64,000 bases of DNA from Colwellia sp. (lineage in GTDB: Bacteria; Pseudomonadota; Gammaproteobacteria; Enterobacterales; Alteromonadaceae), in the NCBI RefSeq assembly GCF_013215345.1, contig NZ_JABSOV010000010.1, forward strand, positions 1,564 to 65,563, in the 5' to 3' direction. Of the stretch, positions 18,489 to 28,249 are shown in pieces. Both the position numbers and the translations under genes were made by a program. How positions within the stretch are numbered: position 1 is the stretch's first letter; each line of letters begins with the position of its first letter. The notes beneath the pieces were generated by a model that saw only the letters and a list, made by a program, of their open reading frames with translations, did no database searches and was not told where the DNA came from.

Positions 18489-20648
18489 ATGAAAATAGCG
18501 ATATCTAAGACTAAGCTAAGCTTAATAGTCTCCTCTGCCCTGCTTATTGCAGCGTGCAGTAATCAAAATAATGAGACGACTAACACAATGGCAAATATAA
18601 ATGCCCCTGTCGCTAAAAAAGTCCCCCATGAAATGGTTATTCATAACCATACTCGTGTCGATGATTATTACTGGATGCGTGATGACAGTCGTACCAACCC
18701 TGAAATTTTAGCGCATTTAGCCGCTGAGAATGATTATACCACGGCGCAATTAAAGCATACCGAAGCCATGCAAGAGCAGATCTTTGAAGAGATCAAAAGT
18801 CGTATTGAAAAAGATGATAATTCAGTGCCAACCAGAGAAGGGGATTTCTACTATTCACGCCAAATGCAAGGCGAGAATGAGTACCCAATTTACGTTAGGT
18901 CCACTGACTTTAACGGCACTAACCTTGAAGTTTTACTGGACGTTAATGAATTAGCCAAAGCGCACGATTACTATGACGCTCGTGGTTTAAGCGCGAGTCC
19001 AGACGGTAAGTTACTCGCTTATGGTGAAGATACCGTAAGTCGTCGTATTTATACCATGTTATTTAAAGATATCGCTGGTAATACTTTACTTGCTGACAAG
19101 CTTGAAGGTACTAATGGCAGTGTTGTTTGGGGTAATGACAATAAAACAGTTTATTACATCAAAAAAGATCCACAAACCTTATTAGGTTACCAAGTATTTC
19201 GTCACACCTTAGGCACATCACAAGCTGATGACGAGATGATCTATGAAGAAAGTAATAAATCTTACTACACAAGTATTAGTAAATCTAAAGATGGCAGCAG
19301 TGTCTTTATCTGGCATTCAAGTACTGAAGCCAGTGGTGTCTCGGTAATTGACGCCAATAATGCTAAAGCCATGCCTAAAAAGTTTATTGAGCGTGAAGAA
19401 GGTCATGAGTATTCCGTTTCTAAATTAAATGACTGGTATTACATCAGTACTAACTGGCAAGCAACCAATTTTCGTTTAATGAAAGTTAATACAAAACACC
19501 TTGGCGATAAAACAAAATGGCAAGATGTCATCCCTGCCAATGATGCCGTTAAACTTGAAAATTATGAATTATTTACCGACCACCTTGTTTATCAGCAACG
19601 TGAAAATGGTATTAGTCGCGTTACTATTCAGCAAATTTCTACAGGTAAAGAGCAGCAGCTAAGCTTTAATGACACTGCCTATAGCTTAAATTTATACGGT
19701 AATAACGAAATAGATAATAAAGCGTTACGTCTTTATTACGCTAGTTTTACTACTCCAGGCACCCATTACGATGTTGATTTAAATTCGTTTAATAAAACGG
19801 AATTAAAACAAACGAAAGTACTAGGTGATTTTGACAGCAACAACTATGCCTCTGAACGAATTTTTGTTAAAGCGCGTGATGGCAAACAAGTACCCGTATC
19901 ATTAGTTTATCGCAAAGATAAATTCAAAAAAGATGGTACTAACCCATTATACCAATATGCCTATGGTTCTTACGGTACAACTATTGACCCTTACTTTTCG
20001 GTGAGTCGTTTAAGCTTACTTGACCGAGGCTTTGTTTATGCCATTGCTCATATTCGTGGTTCAGAAATGCTTGGCCGACCTTGGTATGAAGACGGTAAAA
20101 AGCTAACTAAAATGAACACCTTTACTGACTTTATTGATGTCACTAAAGACCTAACCGCACAAGGATACGGCGATAAAGACAAAGTATTTGCTGCCGGTGG
20201 TAGTGCTGGTGGTTTACTCATGGGCGCGATAATTAATATCTCACCTGAGCTTTATAAAGGCATTGCTGCAGCAGTACCCTTTGTCGATGTTGTCACCACT
20301 ATGCTTGATGAAAGTATTCCATTGACCACTAATGAATTTAAAGAATGGGGTAACCCAACAGACAAAGTTTATTACGATTATATGATGACATACTCGCCTT
20401 ATGATCAAGTTAAGGCACAAAACTACCCTAACATCTTAGTTACCACTGGATTACATGACTCACAAGTACAGTACTTTGAGCCAATGAAGTGGGTAGCTAA
20501 GTTGCGTGATTATAAAACCGATGACAACTTGTTAGTATTTAAAACTGATATGGAAGCTGGACACGGCGGTGCATCGGGACGATTTAAACGCATTCATAAT
20601 ACAGCTTTAGAATATAGCTTCTTTATTGATTTACTTAATAAAGGTTAA
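18489..20648 (+). CDS. ptrB: Oligopeptidase B (S9A), with lipoprotein-like signal
   Basis: DDYYWMRD, GGSAGG nucleophile, HDSQV, GHGG; lipobox LIAAC. Start at ATG 18489 preferred. Confidence 0.92.
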   Translation: MKIAISKTKLSLIVSSALLIAACSNQNNETTNTMANINAPVAKKVPHEMVIHNHTRVDDYYWMRDDSRTNPEILAHLAAENDYTTAQLKHTEAMQEQIFEEIKSRIEKDDNSVPTREGDFYYSRQMQGENEYPIYVRSTDFNGTNLEVLLDVNELAKAHDYYDARGLSASPDGKLLAYGEDTVSRRIYTMLFKDIAGNTLLADKLEGTNGSVVWGNDNKTVYYIKKDPQTLLGYQVFRHTLGTSQADDEMIYEESNKSYYTSISKSKDGSSVFIWHSSTEASGVSVIDANNAKAMPKKFIEREEGHEYSVSKLNDWYYISTNWQATNFRLMKVNTKHLGDKTKWQDVIPANDAVKLENYELFTDHLVYQQRENGISRVTIQQISTGKEQQLSFNDTAYSLNLYGNNEIDNKALRLYYASFTTPGTHYDVDLNSFNKTELKQTKVLGDFDSNNYASERIFVKARDGKQVPVSLVYRKDKFKKDGTNPLYQYAYGSYGTTIDPYFSVSRLSLLDRGFVYAIAHIRGSEMLGRPWYEDGKKLTKMNTFTDFIDVTKDLTAQGYGDKDKVFAAGGSAGGLLMGAIINISPELYKGIAAAVPFVDVVTTMLDESIPLTTNEFKEWGNPTDKVYYDYMMTYSPYDQVKAQNYPNILVTTGLHDSQVQYFEPMKWVAKLRDYKTDDNLLVFKTDMEAGHGGASGRFKRIHNTALEYSFFIDLLNKG

Positions 20649-20989
20649 TTCACTTAACTAAAGTCAGTACCCTCACCTATGCCCAAGCCACATGCAGCTG
20701 TATTTTCATGTGCTTTGGGTAGTTGCCGCAATAAGGTGAGGATACTTATTCCCCCTCCTCTGTGCTTGGTTGCCGCTAAACATTAAGCAGTTAATTCAAT
20801 AAGGTGATAACTGAATGTGCGTAAAACAGAGTTGTTAATACTTACTTTTTCCCACTAATACCTTAGCAATGCCAACAGAATTTTCTTTAGCACACACCCT
20901 CTGTAAATTTATGTAAAAGCTGTATCCCCTCAAAGTAACTTTGATTACACTAGTATTAGATAATTTATTTAAACTGAGTCACCCTTGTT

Positions 20990-22384
20990 ATGACACGTCG
21001 ATTCCGACAACTACTGCCACTGCTTACAAGCTTTTTTTTACTGGCTTGTAGCAATACTTCCGAAGTAGATAAAAAGCTAACAAACCCAAGCCTTCCCGAT
21101 AACTGGCAAGAAAGTAAACAGGCACTTAGTGTTGAACATAACTGGCTATCGCAATTAGATAATCTACAAGTTCAGCAATTAGTGACTAAAGCTTTGGCCG
21201 CTAACCACCAGTTTGCCATGCAGGCTTATGCACTAAAAATTGCCGAGCAGCAACTCATTGTCTCAGGCAGTCAGCTTTGGCCTGAGCTTGATTTGTCTTT
21301 TCGTAGTGGTCGCAGTAAAGACAACCAAAGTGATAGTTATGCCAATAGCAATTCTGTTAATTTGAATTTAAGTTACGAACTTGATATTTGGGGCAAGTTA
21401 TCTGCCGCCGATCAAATCAGTAACTATAACTACCTGGCGCAAAAAGCCACTTTTGAGCAGTACAAACAACAGTTAGTTGTTAATGTGGTTACTACATGGT
21501 TTAAGGTGATTGAAGCAGATAAACTGCTAAGCCTTTATCGCAGCCGAGTAGAAAATTCCCAGCAAAATTTAGCCATAATTGAAGGCAGATATCGCTCAGG
21601 CTTAACCGCTGCCCTTGATGTTTATTTAACCCGTAACGATTTGAACAACGAATTAACGCGAGTATCTGAGCAAGCAACTGAAAAAACCAAATTAATTAGA
21701 AAACTTGAGCGTCTCATTGGTGAATACCCAAAAGGCGAGTTATTAGTAAACGCTAACTTACCACTGCTGACCAATGATATTCCTATTGGCCTACCGTCAG
21801 AATTAATCAGCCGAAAACCTGAATTAAAAGCCAGTTGGTATAAATTACTGTCACAAGATGCAGCTTTAGCCTATGCCCATAAACAACGTTTCCCTAGTAT
21901 AATATTATCGGGCTCTGTTGGTGATGCGACTACTGATATTGGCGATTTATTATCAGGTTCGTCATTAGCCTGGTCACTCCTGGGCAGTATTAGCGCACCG
22001 ATTTTTAATGCCGGTCGCCTGCAAGCAAATGAAGAAAAATCCCGTATCGAATTAAGACAAGGTGAACAGCTATATCTAGATACTTTATATGAAGCTTTTA
22101 GTGATGTTGAAAACGCCATCACCACTGAAAAGAATTTAAAGCACAGTTATTACACCATGTTGGCCGCACAGGAAAACGCAAAAATAGCGGCAACATTATC
22201 TTTTGAGCAATATCAAAGTGGCTTGGTTAGCTATACCACAGTACTTGATGCGCAAAAGCGCTCGTTCGAAGCGCAAACTACCTTGATAAAAATTAAAAAC
22301 CGACTCATTGCCAATCGCATCAATTTACATCTTTCCTTGGGTGGCGACTTCTCCGCACAGTCACTTGAAAATAAGGTCGAATAA
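20990..22384 (+). CDS. RND efflux outer-membrane lipoprotein (NodT/OprM type)
   Basis: Lipobox LLACS, YELDIWG, ELISRKPE, ANRINLHLSLGGDF. Confidence 0.9.
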   Translation: MTRRFRQLLPLLTSFFLLACSNTSEVDKKLTNPSLPDNWQESKQALSVEHNWLSQLDNLQVQQLVTKALAANHQFAMQAYALKIAEQQLIVSGSQLWPELDLSFRSGRSKDNQSDSYANSNSVNLNLSYELDIWGKLSAADQISNYNYLAQKATFEQYKQQLVVNVVTTWFKVIEADKLLSLYRSRVENSQQNLAIIEGRYRSGLTAALDVYLTRNDLNNELTRVSEQATEKTKLIRKLERLIGEYPKGELLVNANLPLLTNDIPIGLPSELISRKPELKASWYKLLSQDAALAYAHKQRFPSIILSGSVGDATTDIGDLLSGSSLAWSLLGSISAPIFNAGRLQANEEKSRIELRQGEQLYLDTLYEAFSDVENAITTEKNLKHSYYTMLAAQENAKIAATLSFEQYQSGLVSYTTVLDAQKRSFEAQTTLIKIKNRLIANRINLHLSLGGDFSAQSLENKVE

Positions 22385-22386
22385 CC

Positions 22387-23784
22387 ATGTCTGACACAAA
22401 AAAAATTAAAAAAAAACGCTATAATAAAATTCTAGTACCTGTCGTTATCATAATCGCCACCATAACGTTAATCATGGTTATATTTAACAACCCACCGACC
22501 AGTAATAGAGCTCAACCTTCAAAAGCCGCACAAATGACGGTAGCTACCACCACACTTACTCCGCAAAGCTATCAAGTGATGGTACAAAGTTTTGGTACCG
22601 TGAGACCTAGAACTCAAAGTGTGCTTTTCGCGCAAGTTTCAGGACAAATTAATTACGTCAGCAAACAATTTAGAGCAGGTGGATTTTTTGAGCAAGGCGA
22701 TATTCTTATGCAACTCGATGACAGGGATTACCGCGCCGAAGTTAAAATAGCGCAAGCTAGCTTAATGTCAGCCAAACAAAGTTTGCAAGAAGAAGGCGCA
22801 CGGGTAAAACAAGCAGAAGCTGATTGGCAGAGATTAGGCAAGGGTAAAGCACCAAACGCACTCCTTTTACGTCAACCACAGTATGAAGCCGCCAAAGCGC
22901 AAGTACTCTCTGCAGAAGCACAGCTTGATAAAGTGGAGCTTTCCCTAGAACGTACCAAGATCATCGCACCTTATGCCGGTCGCATCTTAAAGAAAAATGT
23001 TGATATTGGTCAGGTGATTTCAAGTAATACTCAGCTAGCCGATATCTTTGCCGTTGATTATGTCGAAATTCGTCTACCGATAAAAAATAAAGACTTACCA
23101 CTAATGAAGTTGCCGGAAGAATATCGCAATGCCCATGAGCAATCTGAGGCACATAGTGGCGAGGCTAAGCACTCAATGATCAGTAATGTGGTTATTTCAT
23201 CCGATTTAATGGGTGAGCAAGTGTGGCAAGGCAAGATTGTGCGCACTGAAAGTGCTATCGATGAAATGTCGCAACAACTTTATGTCGTTGCGCAAATTAT
23301 CCGTCCTTACGATGGTGAATATAACCAAGGCGCGCAAATTAAAATGGGCCAATATGTCACCGCACAAATTACCGGCCGTGAAGTTGAAAACGCTTTAGTG
23401 ATTCCCAGCAGCACAATATACCAAGGCAGCTATGTTTATATCGTTGAAGGCGGCCTACTAATGCGTAAAGAGATTAAATTAGGCTGGCAAAATGGCACTG
23501 AAGCTATTGTCATTCAGGGCTTAACCGCCGGTGATGAATTAGTATTAACTTCCTTAGGACAAGTAAGCTCTGGCACGCCAGTCGCAATTTCAGGACAAGC
23601 GCCGGAAAAGACTGCCCCTAAGCGAAAGATGTCAAAAGAACGTCTTGCCAAGTTAGAAAAAATTGCCGCTGAAAAAGGTACCACAGTTGCAGCATTAATT
23701 GCCGAGCGCAAAGCAAAAGGCATCCAAAAAGCTAAAGCATCTCAAGCAACACAGCCAAGCCAATCAGCTAAGGTGAATCACTAA
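22387..23784 (+). CDS. RND efflux periplasmic adaptor (MFP) with long charged C-terminal tail
   Basis: N-terminal TM, biotinyl-lipoyl/hairpin motifs, IIAPYAGRI. Confidence 0.9.
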   Translation: MSDTKKIKKKRYNKILVPVVIIIATITLIMVIFNNPPTSNRAQPSKAAQMTVATTTLTPQSYQVMVQSFGTVRPRTQSVLFAQVSGQINYVSKQFRAGGFFEQGDILMQLDDRDYRAEVKIAQASLMSAKQSLQEEGARVKQAEADWQRLGKGKAPNALLLRQPQYEAAKAQVLSAEAQLDKVELSLERTKIIAPYAGRILKKNVDIGQVISSNTQLADIFAVDYVEIRLPIKNKDLPLMKLPEEYRNAHEQSEAHSGEAKHSMISNVVISSDLMGEQVWQGKIVRTESAIDEMSQQLYVVAQIIRPYDGEYNQGAQIKMGQYVTAQITGREVENALVIPSSTIYQGSYVYIVEGGLLMRKEIKLGWQNGTEAIVIQGLTAGDELVLTSLGQVSSGTPVAISGQAPEKTAPKRKMSKERLAKLEKIAAEKGTTVAALIAERKAKGIQKAKASQATQPSQSAKVNH

Positions 23785-26700
23785 TGATTGCTTGGTTTGC
23801 ACGAAATCATGTGGCAGCAAACTTACTATTAATTACCATCTTAATAGCGGGTTTATTCAGTTTAACTAATCGTATTCCACTGGAAGTGTTTCCGTCTTTT
23901 GCCACCGATCGCATTAACGTGAATGTATCACTACGCGGCGCAACACCCGAAGACGTTGAAAAAAGTATTTCTATTCGTATTGAAGAAGCGGTGCAAGACT
24001 TAGAAGGGGTCAAGCAAATTGCTAGCAAGTCATCTGAAGGATCTTCTTCGGTCAACATTGAAGTAGAGTCAGGCTATGATCCACGCGAAATGCTCGCCGA
24101 TATAAAAAGCCGAATTGATGAAATAAATACCTTTCCAGCCGAGGCAGAAAAACCGGTAGTGTCTTTAGCCACACGTAAACGTGAAGTGATTGCCGTTACT
24201 ATTGCCAGTATTTATAGCGAAAAAGAGACCCGTGAATTTGCCGAGAAAGTCAGAGATGATTTATTAAAGATACCGGCTATCACCCAAGTTGAGCTCAGCG
24301 GTGTGCGTGACTACGAAATATCCATTGAAGTGCCACAAGATAAGTTACGTCAATATGGTTTGACCATAGCGCAAATATCCTCAGCAATATCCGACTCAAG
24401 CACAGATATCTCTGCCGGTAATTTAAAAACCAAGGGTGGTGATATTTTATTACGCTCAAAAGGCCAAGCCTATCGTAAAGACGAGTTTGAAAGAATAGCC
24501 ATTAAAACCAATATTGATGGTTCTATCATTCGCCTAAGTGACATCGCCATCATTAAAGATGACTTTGAAGAAACGCCAGTGCGCACACGTTTTAACGGTA
24601 AACAAGCGGCCTTTCTCGATGTTTATCGTATTGGCCAACAAAGTGCCATTGAAGTTGCCGATGCGGTGAGAACTTATATTAACGACCAACAAAGTTCATT
24701 ACCGGTCGGCGTTGAATTAAGCTTTTGGGATGATGACTCACAGATAGTTAAAAATCGCATTTCTACCCTGACCACCAGTGCCTTGCAAGGAGGTATTTTA
24801 GTACTTGCCTTATTAAGCCTATTTCTTAGACCTTCCATTGCCTTTTGGGTATTTCTTGGTATTCCCATCTCTTTTATGGGCGCCTTTATCATGATGCCTT
24901 TTTTTGGTGTTACCTTAAATATCATGAGCTTATTTGCCTTTATCTTGGTGTTGGGTATTGTCGTTGATGATGCCATAGTCACCGGGGAGAATATTTACAC
25001 CCACTTAAAAACGTCTGAATCCGGTGAAATGGCCGCCATTCGTGGCACCCAAGAAGTCGCCACGCCAGTGACTTTTGGTATTTTAACCACAGTAGCCGCC
25101 TTTCTGCCGCTGGCGTTTATTGAAGGTAACCGCGGCGCCTTGTTTGCGCAAATTCCGGTTATTGTTATTCCGGTACTTATTTTCTCCTTAATCGAGTCAA
25201 AATTCGTTTTACCCTCTCATTTGAAAAACTTAAAACTGCGCTCGGCAAAAGACCAGCAATCTAAGTTCAGTCGATTGCAACAAGGCTTTGCCGACGGTTT
25301 CGAACGCTCGATAATCCGTTTTTATCAGCCCTTACTAAAACGAGCCATTGATAACAAAGCTACCACTTTAGTTGGCTTTACTGCGGTATTTTTGGTTATT
25401 CTTGCGCTAATAATGAGCGGTTGGACAAAGTTTGTTTTCTTCCCACGTATACCGAGTGAAACCGTACGAGCAACACTAACCTTGCCTGCAGGCACGCCCT
25501 TTGAAGTAACCAATAAATATATTATTAAAATGGCCGAAAAAGCCGAGCTGCTAAAAGCGAAGTACATTGAGCCATCAACCAACGAAAGTGTCATTATTAA
25601 TATATTAGCCACTACGGGTGGCCGCGGCGGTGTATCAAATAAAGGCAGTGTTCGTTTTGAAATTACTCCGCCAGAATCGCGAGAGCTGTCGGTTACTTCA
25701 CGTGAATTAGTGCGTGAATGGCGTAATTTAATTGGCCCTATTCCCGGCGCTGAAAGTATTACTTTTAGAGCAGAAATTGGTCGTTCATCAGACCCTATTC
25801 ATGTGCAGTTTAAAGCAAGCTCATTAGATACCTTAAAAGAAGTCACCGATAAAGTGAAAATTCGCTTAGCCACCTACCCGACCGTATTCGACATTGCTGA
25901 TAGTTTATCGAACGGTAAGGAAGAGCTGCAAATTGAATTAACCGAGCAAGGTAAAGCGCTAGGATTAACCCGTACCAGTATTTCCAATCAAGTACGTCGC
26001 TCTTTCTTCGGCTCACAAGTACAACGTATTCAACGTGGCAGAGATGATGTCCGCGTTATGGTGCGACTGCCATTAGATGAGCGCCGTACTATGGCTGATT
26101 TAGAAGATATTCTTGTTATCACACCTTCCGGTGGCTCAGTGCCGCTATCCCATGTTGCTAAGCTTATCCCCGGAAAAAGCCCGTCAACAATTTCAAGAAT
26201 CGACCGCTACCGCACCGCCAATGTCAGTGCCGATGTGGAAAAATCGAATACTAATATGACAGTGCTACAAGCCGACTTAAAAGCCTACTTGGATGAATTG
26301 ATGGTGCAATATCCAGGGGTTAGTCACTCACTTGAAGGTGAAGCCAAAGAACAAAGAGAATCGTTTGGCTCGCTCGGTTGGTCATTGCTATTTGTCTTTT
26401 TTATTATTTACGCACTATTGGCCATTCCTTTTAAATCTTATTTACAGCCCCTTATTGTCATGAGCATTATTCCTTTTGGCATGATTGGCGCGGTAATTGG
26501 TCACTGGATCATGGGCATGGAATTAACCATCATGAGCTTACTAGGCATGTTGGCGTTAATTGGCGTGGTGGTAAATGATTCACTGGTACTGGTCGATTTT
26601 ATCAATAAAAAACGTAGTGAAGGCGGTGAGTTAATGGAAGCAGTGTTAACTGCAGGGGCAGCTCGCTTTAGACCGGTAATGTTAACCAGTTTAACCACCT

Positions 26701-26909
26701 TTATTGGCTTAATGCCCTTGCTGTTTGAACAATCGACTCAAGCCCAGTTCTTAATTCCAATGGCGGTATCATTAGGTTTTGGTATTTTATTTGCCACTTT
26801 TATTACCTTAATATTAGTGCCGGTAAATTACCTAATTGTTGAGCGGATAATAGCTGCATTTGCCCATAAGGCCGTCGATAAAAAAGCCAGTGGTAAGCAA
26901 TTCGCCTAG
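23784..26909 (+). CDS. RND efflux permease (AcrB/AcrD/AcrF family)
   Basis: MIAWFARNHVAANLL, GIVVDDAIV, GVVVNDSLVL, RFRPVMLTSLTT. Confidence 0.93.
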   Translation: MIAWFARNHVAANLLLITILIAGLFSLTNRIPLEVFPSFATDRINVNVSLRGATPEDVEKSISIRIEEAVQDLEGVKQIASKSSEGSSSVNIEVESGYDPREMLADIKSRIDEINTFPAEAEKPVVSLATRKREVIAVTIASIYSEKETREFAEKVRDDLLKIPAITQVELSGVRDYEISIEVPQDKLRQYGLTIAQISSAISDSSTDISAGNLKTKGGDILLRSKGQAYRKDEFERIAIKTNIDGSIIRLSDIAIIKDDFEETPVRTRFNGKQAAFLDVYRIGQQSAIEVADAVRTYINDQQSSLPVGVELSFWDDDSQIVKNRISTLTTSALQGGILVLALLSLFLRPSIAFWVFLGIPISFMGAFIMMPFFGVTLNIMSLFAFILVLGIVVDDAIVTGENIYTHLKTSESGEMAAIRGTQEVATPVTFGILTTVAAFLPLAFIEGNRGALFAQIPVIVIPVLIFSLIESKFVLPSHLKNLKLRSAKDQQSKFSRLQQGFADGFERSIIRFYQPLLKRAIDNKATTLVGFTAVFLVILALIMSGWTKFVFFPRIPSETVRATLTLPAGTPFEVTNKYIIKMAEKAELLKAKYIEPSTNESVIINILATTGGRGGVSNKGSVRFEITPPESRELSVTSRELVREWRNLIGPIPGAESITFRAEIGRSSDPIHVQFKASSLDTLKEVTDKVKIRLATYPTVFDIADSLSNGKEELQIELTEQGKALGLTRTSISNQVRRSFFGSQVQRIQRGRDDVRVMVRLPLDERRTMADLEDILVITPSGGSVPLSHVAKLIPGKSPSTISRIDRYRTANVSADVEKSNTNMTVLQADLKAYLDELMVQYPGVSHSLEGEAKEQRESFGSLGWSLLFVFFIIYALLAIPFKSYLQPLIVMSIIPFGMIGAVIGHWIMGMELTIMSLLGMLALIGVVVNDSLVLVDFINKKRSEGGELMEAVLTAGAARFRPVMLTSLTTFIGLMPLLFEQSTQAQFLIPMAVSLGFGILFATFITLILVPVNYLIVERIIAAFAHKAVDKKASGKQFA

Positions 26910-27120
26910 TAGCAGATAATGACCTTCTAATTAGCTGGGGTAAGTTCTAATATTATTATCTCTCAACAAAGCAACTACTCTAATTATTAGCCAGTTGAAC
27001 AAGTTGACCAACTGGTCTATTATTTAGAGTAGTTGGTCAATATCTTTAATCACCCCGCTTGATTAAAGGCAAGTTTAGCCCCATATTTAACTTATAGATA
27101 AAATATTAGGAGGTTTGTAG

Positions 27121-27237
27121 ATGAAGTTAAAAAAGAAAAAAATGATGGTTCGAAAAAACAAAAACAATTTAAAAGTTAAGGCATTACGCTCTCTTAAACG
27201 ACGTAATATCGCTCACTTCTATAAATTAGACGATTAA
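27121..27237 (+). CDS. Small highly basic protein, 38 aa (MKLKKKKMMVRKNKNNLKVKALRSLKRRNIAHFYKLDD)
   Basis: Perfect AGGAGG at 27108-27113, 7 nt before the ATG; below the ORF-track length cutoff. Confidence 0.6.
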   Translation: MKLKKKKMMVRKNKNNLKVKALRSLKRRNIAHFYKLDD

Positions 27238-27628
27238 GTCACTCGTTAATTCGCAGATTCAGTGCAAGTAAATTAAGCACCCTTACCAGTTTTGCTGTCA
27301 ATGACCTTATAAAATCGGTTTATTGTCGCATCACTGAGCTTTCCCCCTTAATAAAACCGCTCACTATTAGATACTTTTTGGTTACTCATCCCTACCTTTG
27401 TTAAATTTTATGATGTTAGCTGTAGATTAATTACACAAAGATAGTAAAACAAAAAGAATTATCTATAAACACCATCAAAATAGCAGACTTTACTGATAGT
27501 TTTATCATGAACATCTACAAAAATTTTATCTGTTTTACTTCTTTCAAATCCACATAAATACTAAACTTATTTTAATTTTTCTGAAGTACTTTCAGTCTAC
27601 CTCCATTTGTATCCTCATTTCTTAGCTC

Positions 27629-27706
27629 CTAGGCAGTGATAATTCTATGGCAAGTTTTTCTCTTCTTAAAATTGTATTCAACTTCGGCAAAGGTCAATAA
27701 GCTCAT
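27629..27706 (-). mobile_element. IS5-family transposase N-terminal remnant
   Basis: Translates MSLLTFAEVEYNFKKRKTCHRIITA*, matching the typical IS5 start (MS.QLTFA..EY..K+RKTR+E.FL); no further transposase sequence recognised. Confidence 0.6.
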
Positions 27707-27905
27707 GATTTACACCAAAACTAATAGGTATAACACCTTTTTATAAAGTCAACTATGCTACATAAGTGCCATACTAATTTAGTCAAGTATTAATACCAAC
27801 GGAGTATCAAATAATTTTGTCTACTACCTATTTTTTGAAAACTGCCAAGGGCTCAAAAGCAATGCAATTGTTCACAAGAACATAGGGTAAAAAGGGACTT
27901 CTCTC

Positions 27906-28174
27906 ATGAAATTTTTCGCCAACATTAAGTTATCAAACAAAATATACTTCCTGATCAGTCTTGTATTACTCTGTCAGTTATTTATAGTCGAGAAAGCTAT
28001 TACTTCGATGAATAAAATTAGTGATGAGTTAAGAGACATTACCGAGTTTGATATGCCTTTAACCGAAAAACACACCAAATAACCATTCATCAGTTAGAAC
28101 AAGCTATTTGGTTTGAACGGGCATTACGTTTTGGTGAAAGTGAAACATTTAAGACACACCAAAAGTATTTTTAA
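27906..28174 (+). pseudogene. Frameshifted, truncated N-terminal fragment of an MCP paralog
   Basis: MKFFANIKLSNKIYFLISLVLLCQLFIVEKAITSMNKISDELRDITEFDMPLTEKHTK* continues in the -1 frame as ITIHQLEQAIWFERALRFG, which parallels [27 protein letters not shown] in the next gene. Confidence 0.75.
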
Positions 28175-28249
28175 AATTCGAAGGATCAGATCAATTTTTA
28201 TGCCCATAAAGTTTATGAGGTAATTAATTAACAGCCTAAAAGGAAAGAT

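Noticed and set aside
27756-27771. Minus-strand sigma54-like TGGCACTTATGTAGCA
   Set aside because: Points only at decayed sequence; a chance match is plausible in AT-rich DNA.
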